63,144 nucleotides of DNA, filler included, from Folioceros fuciformis (GCA_049999805.1; 24 parts of 24 records of this genome joined end to end with filler, not necessarily neighbours in it), one strand, 5' to 3'. Counted from the whole stretch's first letter, positions 10,755-21,764 are shown. A program made the numbers and translations. Notes: generated by a model from the sequence alone, not told the origin.

Positions 10755-12176
10755 TGTGGGTGAGTAGGTGTGGAACGGAAAAGTTTGGTAATCGGTCTAG
10801 GAAAGTCTAACTTGGTTTCTTTTTTGTTCAGAACAGTTCGAAGGGAGGCATGTGGAAGGTAGGTTTATGGGCAAGTGCCCATGGTAGGTACTGAGCGGCT
10901 GGTGAAGGTTTTTATGGATTTTTTTAATAGGTTAGGATAAGAAGATACCTACGTAGTAAGATGTCTACCTACATATGTAGAAAGAGTACCTACGTGGGGA
11001 AAATGGAAGATACCTACGTAGGTAGGGAAGGTACTTATACGGTAGAGACCCTACCTACAGCAGTGGGGTAGGCAGCCTACCTACGACAATGGGTGGGAAT
11101 GGTAGGGAACCTACCTACAAGAGAAGCAATAAGGACCCTACTTACAGATGGGGGACATTCTCACCCTCCTTACAGAAGGAGCCTCAAGTTGAAAACAAGT
11201 GGATCCTTTCCCTACTGAACCTGTAGGTGGTGGTGAAGGGATGTCCCAAGAGATCCACACAGAAGAAGGTACAGTGGAAGCTCGTGGATCCAAGAGAAGA
11301 CGGATCCCAATAAAGAAGGGGGGCCCAGTAGCTCAACCTTTGGACTCTACCTCCCTTGAGGAGCAGCCCTAGCCACACCTTTTTGGAGAGAGGTCAACGA
11401 ATCTTCTATGGCAACACCGACAATCCAAATCTTCAGCGGCGTGCATTGCCCTCGCAACTATTGGTAGGACTTAGCCTCTTGGTAGGTGTGTGTGGAGTGA
11501 TTTCTTGCAATCAAGAACCACCCAAGGGGCCACACATTCCCCTATTGTCGTTGCAGACCTACGATTCGCTCCCAAGAGAGTGAACTAGTGCCAAGGAACA
11601 CTACCTATCACACTTCTACCTATCAGCCGGTCTATAGGTCTGTCCATACACTCATAACAAAAAGGCTAGAAGCCTAGCCTGCCCCCTAAGTCAGCTCGCC
11701 CGACTCACACTCCTATTCTTCAGTCCTTCAGCTCTTCTTGATTCCCACTTCAGCCACTTTCTCTTCCTTTCAGCCCTCCAAGATTCCCACTTCAGTCCCT
11801 TCCTCTTCACTTCAGTCCTCCACCCTCCACTTCAACACACACTCCTACTCTTCAGCAGCTCACTCTTCACTTCTATGCATCCCACTCCGGCTCTTCCTTT
11901 CTTTTCTTCAACTCTTCCCCCTGGAAATTAGGGCACAATGGCTTCACTTCTTGCAGCCTTCAAGCATAGTGTGGGTCTAGGACTGGATAGCCCTTCAGCT
12001 CACGGTCCTGTTCCCTCACTTCAGCCAACCTGCGAATCATGTAGCTCTTGCGGATCCGGCCACACGGATCTTGACAGCCCCGGGTTCCCCACGTTCCCCT
12101 AGTGGCAAGGGGAATCAGGACTTTGGGTCGACCTCAACCGGCTCAGCGCCCTAAGCCAAGAGTTCTACCCACAAAA
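10755..12176 (-). mobile_element. Long Gypsy (Athila/Tat-like) 5' LTR, partial
   Basis: Ends ...CCCACA just before the PBS. Contains blocks shared with 2620-2860, 4512-4610 and 39640-39710. Confidence 0.65.
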
Positions 12177-12302
12177 NNNNNNNNNNNNNNNNNNNNNNNN
12201 NNNNNNNNNNNNNNNNNNNNTTAATTAATTAANNNNNNNNNNNNNNNNNNNNNNNNNNNNNNNNNNNNNNNNNNNNTCCAGGACAGGACTCTCAAATCTC
12301 AC

Positions 12303-13595
12303 CTGACTCATACTCCATTCACTGTCTGGAACATTTTCAATGAGATACGACCACATCTCAGAGGGTGAGACGCTGGCAAAGTAGTCAAAGCCCAACCCGC
12401 CTTTACTGATGGGTTCAGTCAATCCTGGATACTGTGAGGCCTGTGGGAAGTAGCAATCGACTCAGTCAAGAGTGCTGGTGCTGTGCACACAAGCAATCCA
12501 GAATTTGTCAATTAAGAGAAGAGGGGCAGGATTGTGCATACATCCCCTGCAATTGTGACAATGTTCGAGTTGAGCTTGTGCAGCATCTCATTAGCCAGAA
12601 TCACATACAGCAATGCATCTCTGTCCACGTATTGATTGCAGTAGCTGCACAACCAGAGAAATGTGAGAAAGAGCGAGGAAGCAGTCTATGTAAATCGACC
12701 AAAATGGAGCTCCTGCGAGCAATTTCCTGAATGACAGCAGCCTTACTCATTCAAGCCATTTGTGAACTCTGCAAATCCATTGTGGGTGTAAACCATGGAC
12801 TGCAGCGAATGGAAGTGGAAACCATCTATTTGATACTCTTCCACCCACCTGCCATGAGAAAGAAAAGTGTGACTCCCAAGCTACCTTGCTCTAGATGCGA
12901 ACTGCCTGAGAGAGCAAATTCAAACACAGCATTCAGAAAGATCAGTCACACTAGAGATCATCGAGGCGGACTAAATCCACTAACCACTTCAAGTTTGATA
13001 AGAGGTAGCGAAGCACTTCGTATTCATATTCAACTGCCTGAGAGAGCAAATTCAAACACAGCAATCAGAAAGATCAGTCACACTAGAGATCATCGAGGCG
13101 GACTAAATCCACTCACCACTTCAACTTTGATAAGAGGTAGCGAAGCACTTCGTATTCACCATAGTTGAATATGCGGTTGCCTGTATGTTTGTGACGCCCT
13201 CGGCGTCCTGCAATGCAAGGGTAAACTCAGCTGCTACAGTGAACGGGATGGTGAACGGACGAAAAAACAATCTCAGCATTCTGCACCAATCCTTGCAAGG
13301 CAGTGCACACTAACCATCATGGAAGTAGCAATCATTAGCACAATCGAATGAAGGAAGGCCAACCATCTCGTCTGCAGCCGCCGCATGTGAGTGGACTATG
13401 TCCATGATGACAAACAGGCCCATTCCTGTTTCATCATGAACTCAAAACATGAGAAACGAAACGCTGAATTGATGTAAACTGGGCTTCAGTAGCAGGCTTG
13501 CAAGGAATGCCTAACGAACCATAGGCACTGTCAACCAGATGTTTGAAATCTTCTAGGGTTCCAAAGCGACTACTTACAGCGAACATATTCGTAAC
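12303..13595 (-). CDS. SBE3: Starch branching enzyme 3 / BE1-type GH13 protein, internal part; exons 13595-13520, 13425-13315, 13207-13117, 12848-12747, 12644-12542, 12440-12303
   Basis: All introns are GT-AG and in phase. Spliced peptide VTNMFAVSSRFGTLEDFKHLVD...DIVHSHAAADEMVGL...WWVEEYQIDGFHFHSLQSMVYTHNGF...YCNQYVDRDALLY...GGLGFDY...SEMW...VPDSEWSMSQ matches the Arabidopsis BE1/SBE3 clade. Confidence 0.93.
12901..13158. repeat. 132-bp-period tandem duplication spanning an exon 3' end, donor site and intron of SBE3
   Basis: actgcctgagagagc...gcacttcgtattca at 12901-13026 and 13033-13158, with 3 substitutions. Confidence 0.95.
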
Positions 13596-13971
13596 CTGCT
13601 CAGTTGGCAAAATTCTGGACATTAAATGGGTGCGGGGTGAGAGGTAGNNNNNNNNNNNNNNNNNNNNNNNNNNNNNNNNNNNNNNNNNNNNTTAATTAAT
13701 TAANNNNNNNNNNNNNNNNNNNNNNNNNNNNNNNNNNNNNNNNNNNNGTCTTTTTCTTTGAAATCAGTTGATACGTTCATCACATTTATCACTGGTGCAA
13801 CTGAGGGAGTAGTCATCGACATGGGGTTACTCGTTCCTGACATAATATTATCTGTGTCTTGAATATATATTTAAGCAAGCAAAGTGTTATAACACAAGGC
13901 TTAGGATAAACATCAATATAAAGAGCACAAGATAATTTATGAATATATATAAATGTAGGTACTTGAGATCC

Positions 13972-15474
13972 CTAATCAGAACTGGACTCCATACGACGAA
14001 CAGTTTCAACTTCGTTGACTAAGTTAGTGATAGACTCCCAAAGTTTTAGATAATGGTGAGAACGTTTCTCAAAAGATGAAGCTTGTGCTTGGGTCTTGTG
14101 GTCCTTATAATCCTTATAAGCTGATTGGAGGGTCTCAAAGGGGGACGGAGGAGAAACTAGTTCCTCCTTAATACGAACTGCCACTGTTGTGGAAGGTGCT
14201 TGAATTTTTAAAGTGGACGCCAGGGGCATGCACCGCATAGTAAGAAGTCGACGAGGTTTTTCTTCTTGAGAAACTCGTCCAAAGCTGCTTGCCAGGGCCG
14301 GTGCTTGGGGCGCGCCTCCCGTGCGTGAGGTGGTTACTCCTACCACAATTGGCGCGCTGCTGTGATCAGAAAGAACACCCGAATTTAGAGCATGCCCTTC
14401 CTTTAGATCTGGACGAGCATCGCTTGAAGCAAGCGCGCTTTGCTAATGAACAGGCGCGCGCTGGAAATTAGGGGACGCCCAAGCAGGATCTGGACAGGCG
14501 CCTCTAAACTTGACAGTCGCGTCGGGAATTGGAGCCGGATCAGAGCGCGCGATCAGTTCTTTGATTGGCGTGCTCTCCAGCGGAGGAGGCGCGACTCCCC
14601 TAATTGCAAACGCGCCTCCCAAATCAGCAGTCGCAGCCTAAAATTGGAAGGGCGCACCGCCTGAATTTGTGGGCGAGATCTGCTGATTCATGGGCGTGCC
14701 TCCTTTGCAAGCTGTTGTTTCTCTTCGAATCTCATCTGAATGACCTCCACACATGCACGGGTGATGTGCACAATTGTGGTCACCTCCCGCGTGTAGAGGC
14801 GAAAGGGGAATTTCTTCGTTTTCCTTAATTTCCTGTTTTATGCAACATTCCAAGTTGGTTAAATTATTGTCACTTAACCTCCTGAATTGATTTGTGTTGT
14901 GTGCAGTTGTCTGCAGGACCAAAGGATCCTCCTTATCACGTCGATTTATAGGAACTCCATAAGCATTACGATGTCTTGTGTCTCTCAAGGACTGTTTTGT
15001 TCTTGTAGTTACAATAATTTCATCGTCGCTTTCCGGCCAAGTTGAAATTTGTGAATGAGAATTTTGGTCGGATAAAAGGGGCAAGCACGTTGGAGATCTT
15101 TGTCTTGTGGTCCGTGACGAGTTCCCTCCTCGTAATGAAGAGGTGTGACTATGTTATACTTTGGACGGTTGTGTCCAGCCTTGATTTTCAAGTGTAAGTA
15201 GGAGTTCCTTCAACCATTCTTCTCTTAGGAGTCTTGGAGGTGCATTTAGGGAATTGTATCCACATCCTCTTGAAGTGTTGAAGTTGTGGCTACGTCCTCG
15301 TTGACGCTCCTTTTCCTCATGATATCGACGGGCTATATCATAGGCACGTCTATTCCTTGCTATGTTGATTGAGTTGGTATAAGAAACAATGTAAGAAAAG
15401 CAATAAAAGAGAATGAAATGGAAAAAGGCGTTTGTGACTCCTCTTTCCCCATTTCCTCCTTTATAAGCCATCAA
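13972..15474 (-). pseudogene. String of unknown ORFs downstream of a truncated Met PBS (retroelement 5' accessory region)
   Basis: ORFs 15154-15474 (hydrophobic FFHFILFYCFSYIVSY), 14638-15084 (HNCAHHPCMCGGH) and 13972-14346 (coiled-coil-like end). No gag motif seen. Confidence 0.4.
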
Positions 15475-15662
15475 CTAAACCCTTTACAATCTCATCCTTG
15501 AGAAGGTAACTAAAGGGGCTAGTTTTAAACATAAAAACAAAAAACAAAAGAAACTTCATTTCCTTTTATTTTTGTTTAATTACTCTATCAACATAAGTGT
15601 TGATTATAAATGAGCCTGCATACTCTAACCATGGTGTCTGCACACCATGGAAGAGAGCCATT

Positions 15663-15672
15663 GCTCTGATAC
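15663..15672 (-). promoter_or_regulatory. Truncated tRNA-iMet PBS, interrupted by an LTR insertion
   Basis: gctctgatac is followed directly by tgttgag instead of ca. Confidence 0.65.
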
Positions 15673-15857
15673 TGTTGAGATAATTAAGTATCAATTATTC
15701 ATTGCGTTATACTTAGATAAGACAAACCCTAAACGTGACGGTTTTTTGTTACAACCGTTCACAAGACATGGATATATACATATATCAGAGTTGGTCTTCG
15801 AACGTGTATTTGATGTGATCGAGTATAGTAGCTCGTGTAAATCCATGAAACTTTACA
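15673..15857 (+). mobile_element. Copia 5' LTR (185 bp)
   Basis: TGTTGA...TTACA with internal TATATA, immediately followed by the PBS. Confidence 0.8.
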
Positions 15858-15869
15858 TGGTATCAGAGC
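15858..15869 (+). promoter_or_regulatory. tRNA-iMet PBS
   Basis: TGGTATCAGAGC directly after CA. Confidence 0.95.
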
Positions 15870-16003
15870 TCCTAGTTGCGATCCAATGCCCACGAGTTTT
15901 CCTTGAGTCATGATTAGCTTTTCCTCAATTATCCATGGAAATTGCTGGTCCTTATTTGATCAATTTTGGAATGTTGGGCATGGCCTGATGCGCCGTAGGC
16001 ACT

Positions 16004-16564
16004 ATGCCTCGAAAGGATGTAGGCAGGAAGTTTCGGATAGATGCTGCTGAGAGCAGCAGATCTAGGCCGTTTCTAAAATCAGATGCGCAGCGGTTTGTTG
16101 AAGACTTTGAGCATCTCTATTTCAAGAAGTCTCAAAACCATCAACAAGAAGAAGAGCGGGCCAGGTTCCTGAATTTGTTTGTCAGATCCTATCACCCTAT
16201 TTCTTTTGGCTCACAGAATCTTGCGCAAACACACATTTGCAGGTCTACTGGGCTCATCCAGTCTGTCCTTGACTCATCTGAGTTTTGTAATGCCTGCAAC
16301 CCTAATCGCAGCACTGATGATTTCAGAAATTATCACATTCTTCTAGATTCTATGCTCACATTGAAAACATCATCCCTCTCAATCTCAAGTCGCTTAGATG
16401 CCCTCACCAGGTCCCTAACCATGCGCTTGGATACTCTGGAAAAGAAGCTTGAGTCCTCTCTAGTGTCTGCAGTAAGTGTAGAATTAGAGGTGAAGAAACA
16501 CGTTCGTGACATCAACAGTCTCAAGGATGCCCTCGCTACCCTGAGTGTTTCCCCCTCCTCTTAA
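16004..16564 (+). CDS. Extra 5' ORF of Copia element (186 aa; CxxC plus coiled coil), unknown function
   Basis: Intact ATG-TAA between PBS and gag: FCNACNP then LSISSRLDALTRSLTMRLDTLEKKLESSL...VRDINSLKDAL. Confidence 0.68.
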   Translation: MPRKDVGRKFRIDAAESSRSRPFLKSDAQRFVEDFEHLYFKKSQNHQQEEERARFLNLFVRSYHPISFGSQNLAQTHICRSTGLIQSVLDSSEFCNACNPNRSTDDFRNYHILLDSMLTLKTSSLSISSRLDALTRSLTMRLDTLEKKLESSLVSAVSVELEVKKHVRDINSLKDALATLSVSPSS

Positions 16565-16584
16565 CCTTCATAAATTCAGGCATC

Positions 16585-16868
16585 ATGGCTCAACCTTCAG
16601 ACACTGTTTCTGATAGACTGCAAGACAAGGATCAACTCACTTCGACCAATTATGATGCCTAGTCATTTAGGGTGAAGTGTATACTAGAGGAGAAACTTTT
16701 AATGGATGTCACAGATGGAACTATACCTCAGCGAATTGCTGGAGAGGACTTTGGCTCTCTTACACCGGGTGGCATTCATAAGAAGCTGTGGATCATGAAA
16801 GAACAACTGGAGTGGGATCAAAAGGATCGAAAGGCTCGAACAATTCTTGTGGGATCTGTATCACAAGA
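16585..16868 (+). mobile_element. Copia gag N-terminus (one internal stop)
   Basis: MAQPSDTVSDRLQDKDQLTSTNYDA*SFRVKCILEEKLLMDVTDGT...WDQKDRKARTILV. Confidence 0.85.
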
Positions 16869-16969
16869 NNNNNNNNNNNNNNNNNNNNNNNNNNNNNNNN
16901 NNNNNNNNNNNNTTAATTAATTAANNNNNNNNNNNNNNNNNNNNNNNNNNNNNNNNNNNNNNNNNNNNC

Positions 16970-17152
16970 ATTGAAATACAGCACCACTACATCAGAGATG
17001 TTGTGGAGCGTGGTGCTGTCAAGGTTGGCTACATAAGCACAGAGGACAATGTGGCAGATGTGTTAACAAAGGGCTTGGTGAAGCATAAACACTACAAGCA
17101 TATGTTAGGCTTAGGCCTAGACGATTACTCAAGGTATTTGGGTGCGGAGTGA
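16970..17152 (+). mobile_element. Copia RNase H C-terminus
   Basis: IEIQHHYIRDVVERGAVKVGYISTEDNVADVLTKGL...LGL. Confidence 0.92.
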
Positions 17153-17377
17153 CTTATCTGTGGATGGTGGGGTGGGAACCCGAAGGTTCCCTAGGTGATG
17201 ATGGGTTGTGCCTGCAAGCTTCTTCGCCGACACAAATAACTGCACGCAGCCCCACACCCAGAACTAGGTCAGCTACCGCACGCCAGCCCTTGAGGAGACA
17301 GAGGGAGTACATATCACTTTGTTGCAAGAAGGATGAATTTCACCTTAATACACAATCTTCTTGTAGTACAGTGCCCT

Positions 17378-17977
17378 CTACAGAGACGGTTTCACATCCT
17401 CCTCACCGTCGTCAGGGTTTGGCCTCCTTCCAGCTGCAATGATGTCCTCCAGCTCCTCGATCCTGTCAGTTGCTCGCCGAAGGCTGGTGACCAAGGCAGG
17501 CAGACCCAACTCAGAGTAACGGAAATCCGGCAACCAGGGATCACGTCCTTGCCCAAGTACCAGTCCCTGGTACTCGAGTACCGCTCTGTCCCTGGGAGAG
17601 GCCATGGATTGGCTGCAACGCTTTTCACCAGCTGTGAGAGTCCTTCCAGCGAAGTGCATCTAACCCATGGCAGAGGCTCCCGAGGTTCTTCCGTAGTTGG
17701 TGCTGGTCTGGGCTGCCTTCTGCGCCTGAGTCTTTGGCGGGGTGGTACAGATCCTTCCACTACGCGTCTGCATCTCTCTGAGGCGATGGCGAGCGTGACA
17801 ACTGAGCTGGATCGCGACAAGGAAACTGAGTGCGATGGTGGCGGCTGCTAAACCTAGCGTAAGAAGGATGGCCATTCCCAAGCGCTGGGGTTTAGGCGTA
17901 ACAGCGCAGCGTCGTAATCGTGACTCCGTTGCAGAGCAAAGGACCCCGTTCCGTGGTAATGGTGAAGAGGGGACCAT
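17378..17977 (-). pseudogene. Antisense 3' ORF of Copia element (hydrophobic segment plus coiled coil; one in-frame stop)
   Basis: ORFs 17660-17977 and 17378-17659 are one frame split by a TAG: MAILLTLGLAAATIALSFLVAIQL...LVTSLRRATDRIEELEDII. Confidence 0.5.
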
Positions 17978-18010
17978 CTATATGACCGTTCTCTAGACCT
18001 AGTGTTGCTT

Positions 18011-18187
18011 GAGAGGGAGTGTCGAGAGTAAAGCCAACACATAGTCTGAGTAACGTTAGGGTTAGCATACTAGCCCAAATGAAACGTCATTAGGGTTTAG
18101 TATATAAACAACACACGCTGTTAATTTTAAAAATTATTTTATTACAATCAAGTTTAATCAAGCCAACTGCTCTCCGCATAATTTACA
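18011..18187 (+). mobile_element. PPT (18011-18019) and Copia 3' LTR (18020-18187)
   Basis: GAGAGGGAG followed by TGTCGAG...TTTACA, with TATATAAA inside. Confidence 0.75.
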
Positions 18188-18771
18188 GGTGTCGATAGCC
18201 TAGCCAGCATCCCTACCTGCAACTTGGATCCAAGGAAGAAACATGGAGGGAAGATTGAGAAGGAAGGGAGCAAGAAGGGAATGGAGGAGGAAGGGAGAAA
18301 GGGGGAAAAGGGATGGAGGCGGCTGCAACCCCTGCCTCTAGCTCTAGCTAGGGCATGGCCTCCATGGCCGTTCATGCCAGCCAAGCAATCAGCCAGCCTA
18401 TCGTCAGACCCTGACCCCTGACACTGACATACCCAGATACCCATTCCTATGTTCAAACCATTATTTAATATGATTTAATATTATTATTTAATCATTTAAT
18501 ATTATATATCTTTAATTAATATTAAACTAATCACCCAACCCTATGGCCTGGTACCGAACCTAAACCTTCCAAGGCCTGGGACCAAACCTATACCCATTCT
18601 TATAACCAAACCAACTATTTCCTAGTCAATTAACCTAATTAGCACAAAGAAAAATAGGAAAAATGACCAGATTATCAAGGAAAATTAGGAAAAATAAGTA
18701 GAAAAAGAAAACCAAACCATACCACCCTTTCAACCAAAACAAACTACTACCCCAAACTTTGGAGGTTCACA
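18188..18771 (-). mobile_element. 5' portion of a long LTR inserted into Copia pol
   Basis: Starts TGTGAACC at 18771, breaking pol after VRPD. 18210-18615 is the reverse complement of 50690-51130. Confidence 0.7.
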
Positions 18772-21664
18772 TCAGGCCTTACGTCAGGAACATATAGGTC
18801 AGTAACATGAGCTGCTGGCCTTCTAAAGTCGATTGATTGGTAAGGAGCCTCCACCCACTGATCTCTTGGCCTCCTCTCTCGTGTAGGGTATCGAGGTGAA
18901 TCAGGAGCCTGGACTGCTAGAAGGTCAGCAGGTGCTTCCTGCTGAACATCATCATCATTGAGAGCACCAGCTGACCCAGCATCATGATCCGAGAAGAAAC
19001 CAAGGTCATCATCAGTCACCTCCTCTACGGGGTCAACAACAACTGCATCTTGAATAGGTGGAGCATCCCCCTCGTACGCAGCATCAGCTGGCAGGGAATC
19101 ACCTGGAACATCATGTGCAGGATGGACAGGAGGCTGCTGGCCTAACAGGTCATCTACACCAGCACGATCTGTGGAGGTGGGAGCCTCACCATCAGATTGT
19201 GGATAATCAAATAAGTTCCCCACGACATCTGGAGTTGCATCTCTGTCTGGATGTATAAGTGGGTTAGGTGATAGTGCAGTCTGGGGATTGTGCAGCTCAT
19301 CAAATGTGACGCTACGTGCTAGGGTTATCTTAGATGTTTCAGGATCAAGTAGCTTGTAGGCTTTTGACTCTTTTGAGTAACCTACAAACACTAAATGCTT
19401 GGCCCTGTTTTCTAACTTATTGCGTTTAACTTCAGATATGTACGCATATGCAGGAGACCCAAAAACACGTAAGTGCTTCAAACTAGGCTTTCTACCCCAA
19501 AATGCTTCATAGGGAGTTTTGTTAGGTACAGCTGATGTGACCAAACGATTGTGTATGTAGGTAGCAGCCACCACTGCCTCTGCTCAAAAAGACTTTGGCA
19601 AAGAGGCCCAAGACAGCATGCTCCTAGACATTCCCATCAACGTCTGGTTCTTCCGTTCAGCAACTCCATTCTGTTGCTGCGTATAAGGAACAGAGAGCTG
19701 CCTTGTGATTCCATACTGCTCAAAGAGATCATCAAGGTTATGACCTGTAAACTCCCCTCCGTTATCTGTTCTAAAACACTTGACCAACTTTTCAGTCTGT
19801 CTCTGAACAATGGGGATCCATTTGGAGATCTGTTCATAGACATCACTCTTCAGCTTGAGCGGAAAGGTCCAAGTGTATCTGGAGTAGTCATCAGTCAAGG
19901 ACAGATAATATTCAGCGCCACCCAAGCTCTTAACAGGTAACTTTCCTGCTATGTCTACATGTATAAGCTCCAGAATTTCTTTAGCATGTGTTGGCTCTTT
20001 GTTTCTGAAGGGCAGCTCCTTTTGTTTTGACAGAATGCAAGGAGCACATGTCGACAAATGCTTGAAATAGCTAGGCAACTTTTCTGGATAGAAGTTTGAG
20101 TTGGACATGAGGTCTAACTTAGATCTGTTCACATGCCCAAGCCTAGCATGCCAAAGGTTAGCCTGAACATTAAAAGCAGCAAATAGCGCTCTAGCCTTGG
20201 ACTTAGCAACTGTAACTAGTTGATACAAGTCATTTACTAGAATGGCCTTTGCTATGTGCTTATCAGGATGTGACACGTGATACATATAGCATTTGCTGTC
20301 CTCAAAACGGAACCCATACAACTTACTCTGTGCAATGGCTCTTATGGACAACAGATTTTTACTCATGGCTAGAACATACAACACATCTTCCAGATGCAAG
20401 GTGCTGCCATCTAACAAAGGTATGTTAATGACACCCACCCCTTTTACCTCAACACCACGAGAGTCGCCAACAAACACCGATTGTGGCGTTGTCTGTTTGT
20501 GAAATGTTGAGAAGAGCTGACGGTTATTGCACACATGCGCAGTAGCTCCAGAATCAAGAAACCAATGGTTGGAGTGCTCATGATAAGAGGTAAGACAAAC
20601 AGTTAGAACTGAACTGCTGCTCTTGTGTGCTGTGTTTGTATGCTGACCAGCCTTAGCTGCCACGTGAGCTTCAGGTTTGGATTCCCGCTTCGGCTCACCC
20701 TGTTTCTTCTTCCGGCAGTCCCTTTCCCAGTGACCCGGAATACCACACCAGTTGCAATTACCCTGGCGTTTAGTGGAGCCAGAAGAGGTACTCTTGTTCT
20801 GTCCACTGTTTGTATTGGTTGAATTGTTGCTGCTGGGCTTCTTCTTACTGTCTTTCCCCGTCCAAGGGCCTTTTCCTCTTGCAGCAAAAAGGACCTTGTC
20901 ACCCCGAAGGCGTGAAGAAGAACCAGTCTTGCGGCTCTGCTCTTCCTGGAGAAGGGCGCCAACCACCTCATCGAAATTGATGGTAGCAGGTTTCCTAGCA
21001 GCGACAGCAGCATATGAGTCCCTAAGAGATGCATTCTGGCTAGACACAAATGTCTGATAGGAAGGAGGAAGGCTGGCAATGAGCTGAGCTGTCATGTCCA
21101 CCTCAGAGACTTTACAGTTGAGCCCAGACCACTGCGCTCTCAAGTAACACAGCTTGTTCAAATGGGCTCCAATAGGTTCACCATCCTTTAGACGCAAAGC
21201 ATGAAACTGATTCCAAACAGCTACCAGAGTAAGGATATTTTGTACTTGGTACGTGTCCACAAGTTGTTTCCATGCAGCTGTTGCCGTAGTATGAAATTCC
21301 ACTTCCAAATAGTGGTTTCATCAAGTCCTGACAGCAAGATCACAAACGCAATCTTGTTGCCCTTCTTCCACTTGTCAATGACATCCTGTGCGGGTTGTTG
21401 TCCACCAGCAGGTACAATGGAAGGGTCCGGAAGAGATCCATTGACAAACTCCCACACGTCGCGAGCGTTGAGGTTTGCCTTCATGCGAGCTCTCCAACTC
21501 TCAAAGCGAGAAGGTGTCCCATCAAACCTGTCCTTTTCTTTGAATTCTCCTGAGTAGATAGAACCAACAGATTGGGTGACAGGTGCTGGGATAGTGGAAC
21601 CCATTGTGACAGGTTGGACGTGTGTGTTGACAGGTGTATGAACAGGATTAGGGAGTGAGAACAA
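18772..21664 (-). mobile_element. Copia gag-protease-integrase, lightly decayed
   Basis: [70 protein letters not shown]. One frameshift near 21310 and one stop at 19584. Confidence 0.97.
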
Positions 21665-21764
21665 NNNNNNNNNNNNNNNNNNNNNNNNNNNNNNNNNNNN
21701 NNNNNNNNTTAATTAATTAANNNNNNNNNNNNNNNNNNNNNNNNNNNNNNNNNNNNNNNNNNNN

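Noticed and set aside
12731-13168. 145-aa plus-strand ORF with an internal repeat
   Set aside because: Antisense shadow of SBE3 exons and the 132-bp duplication.
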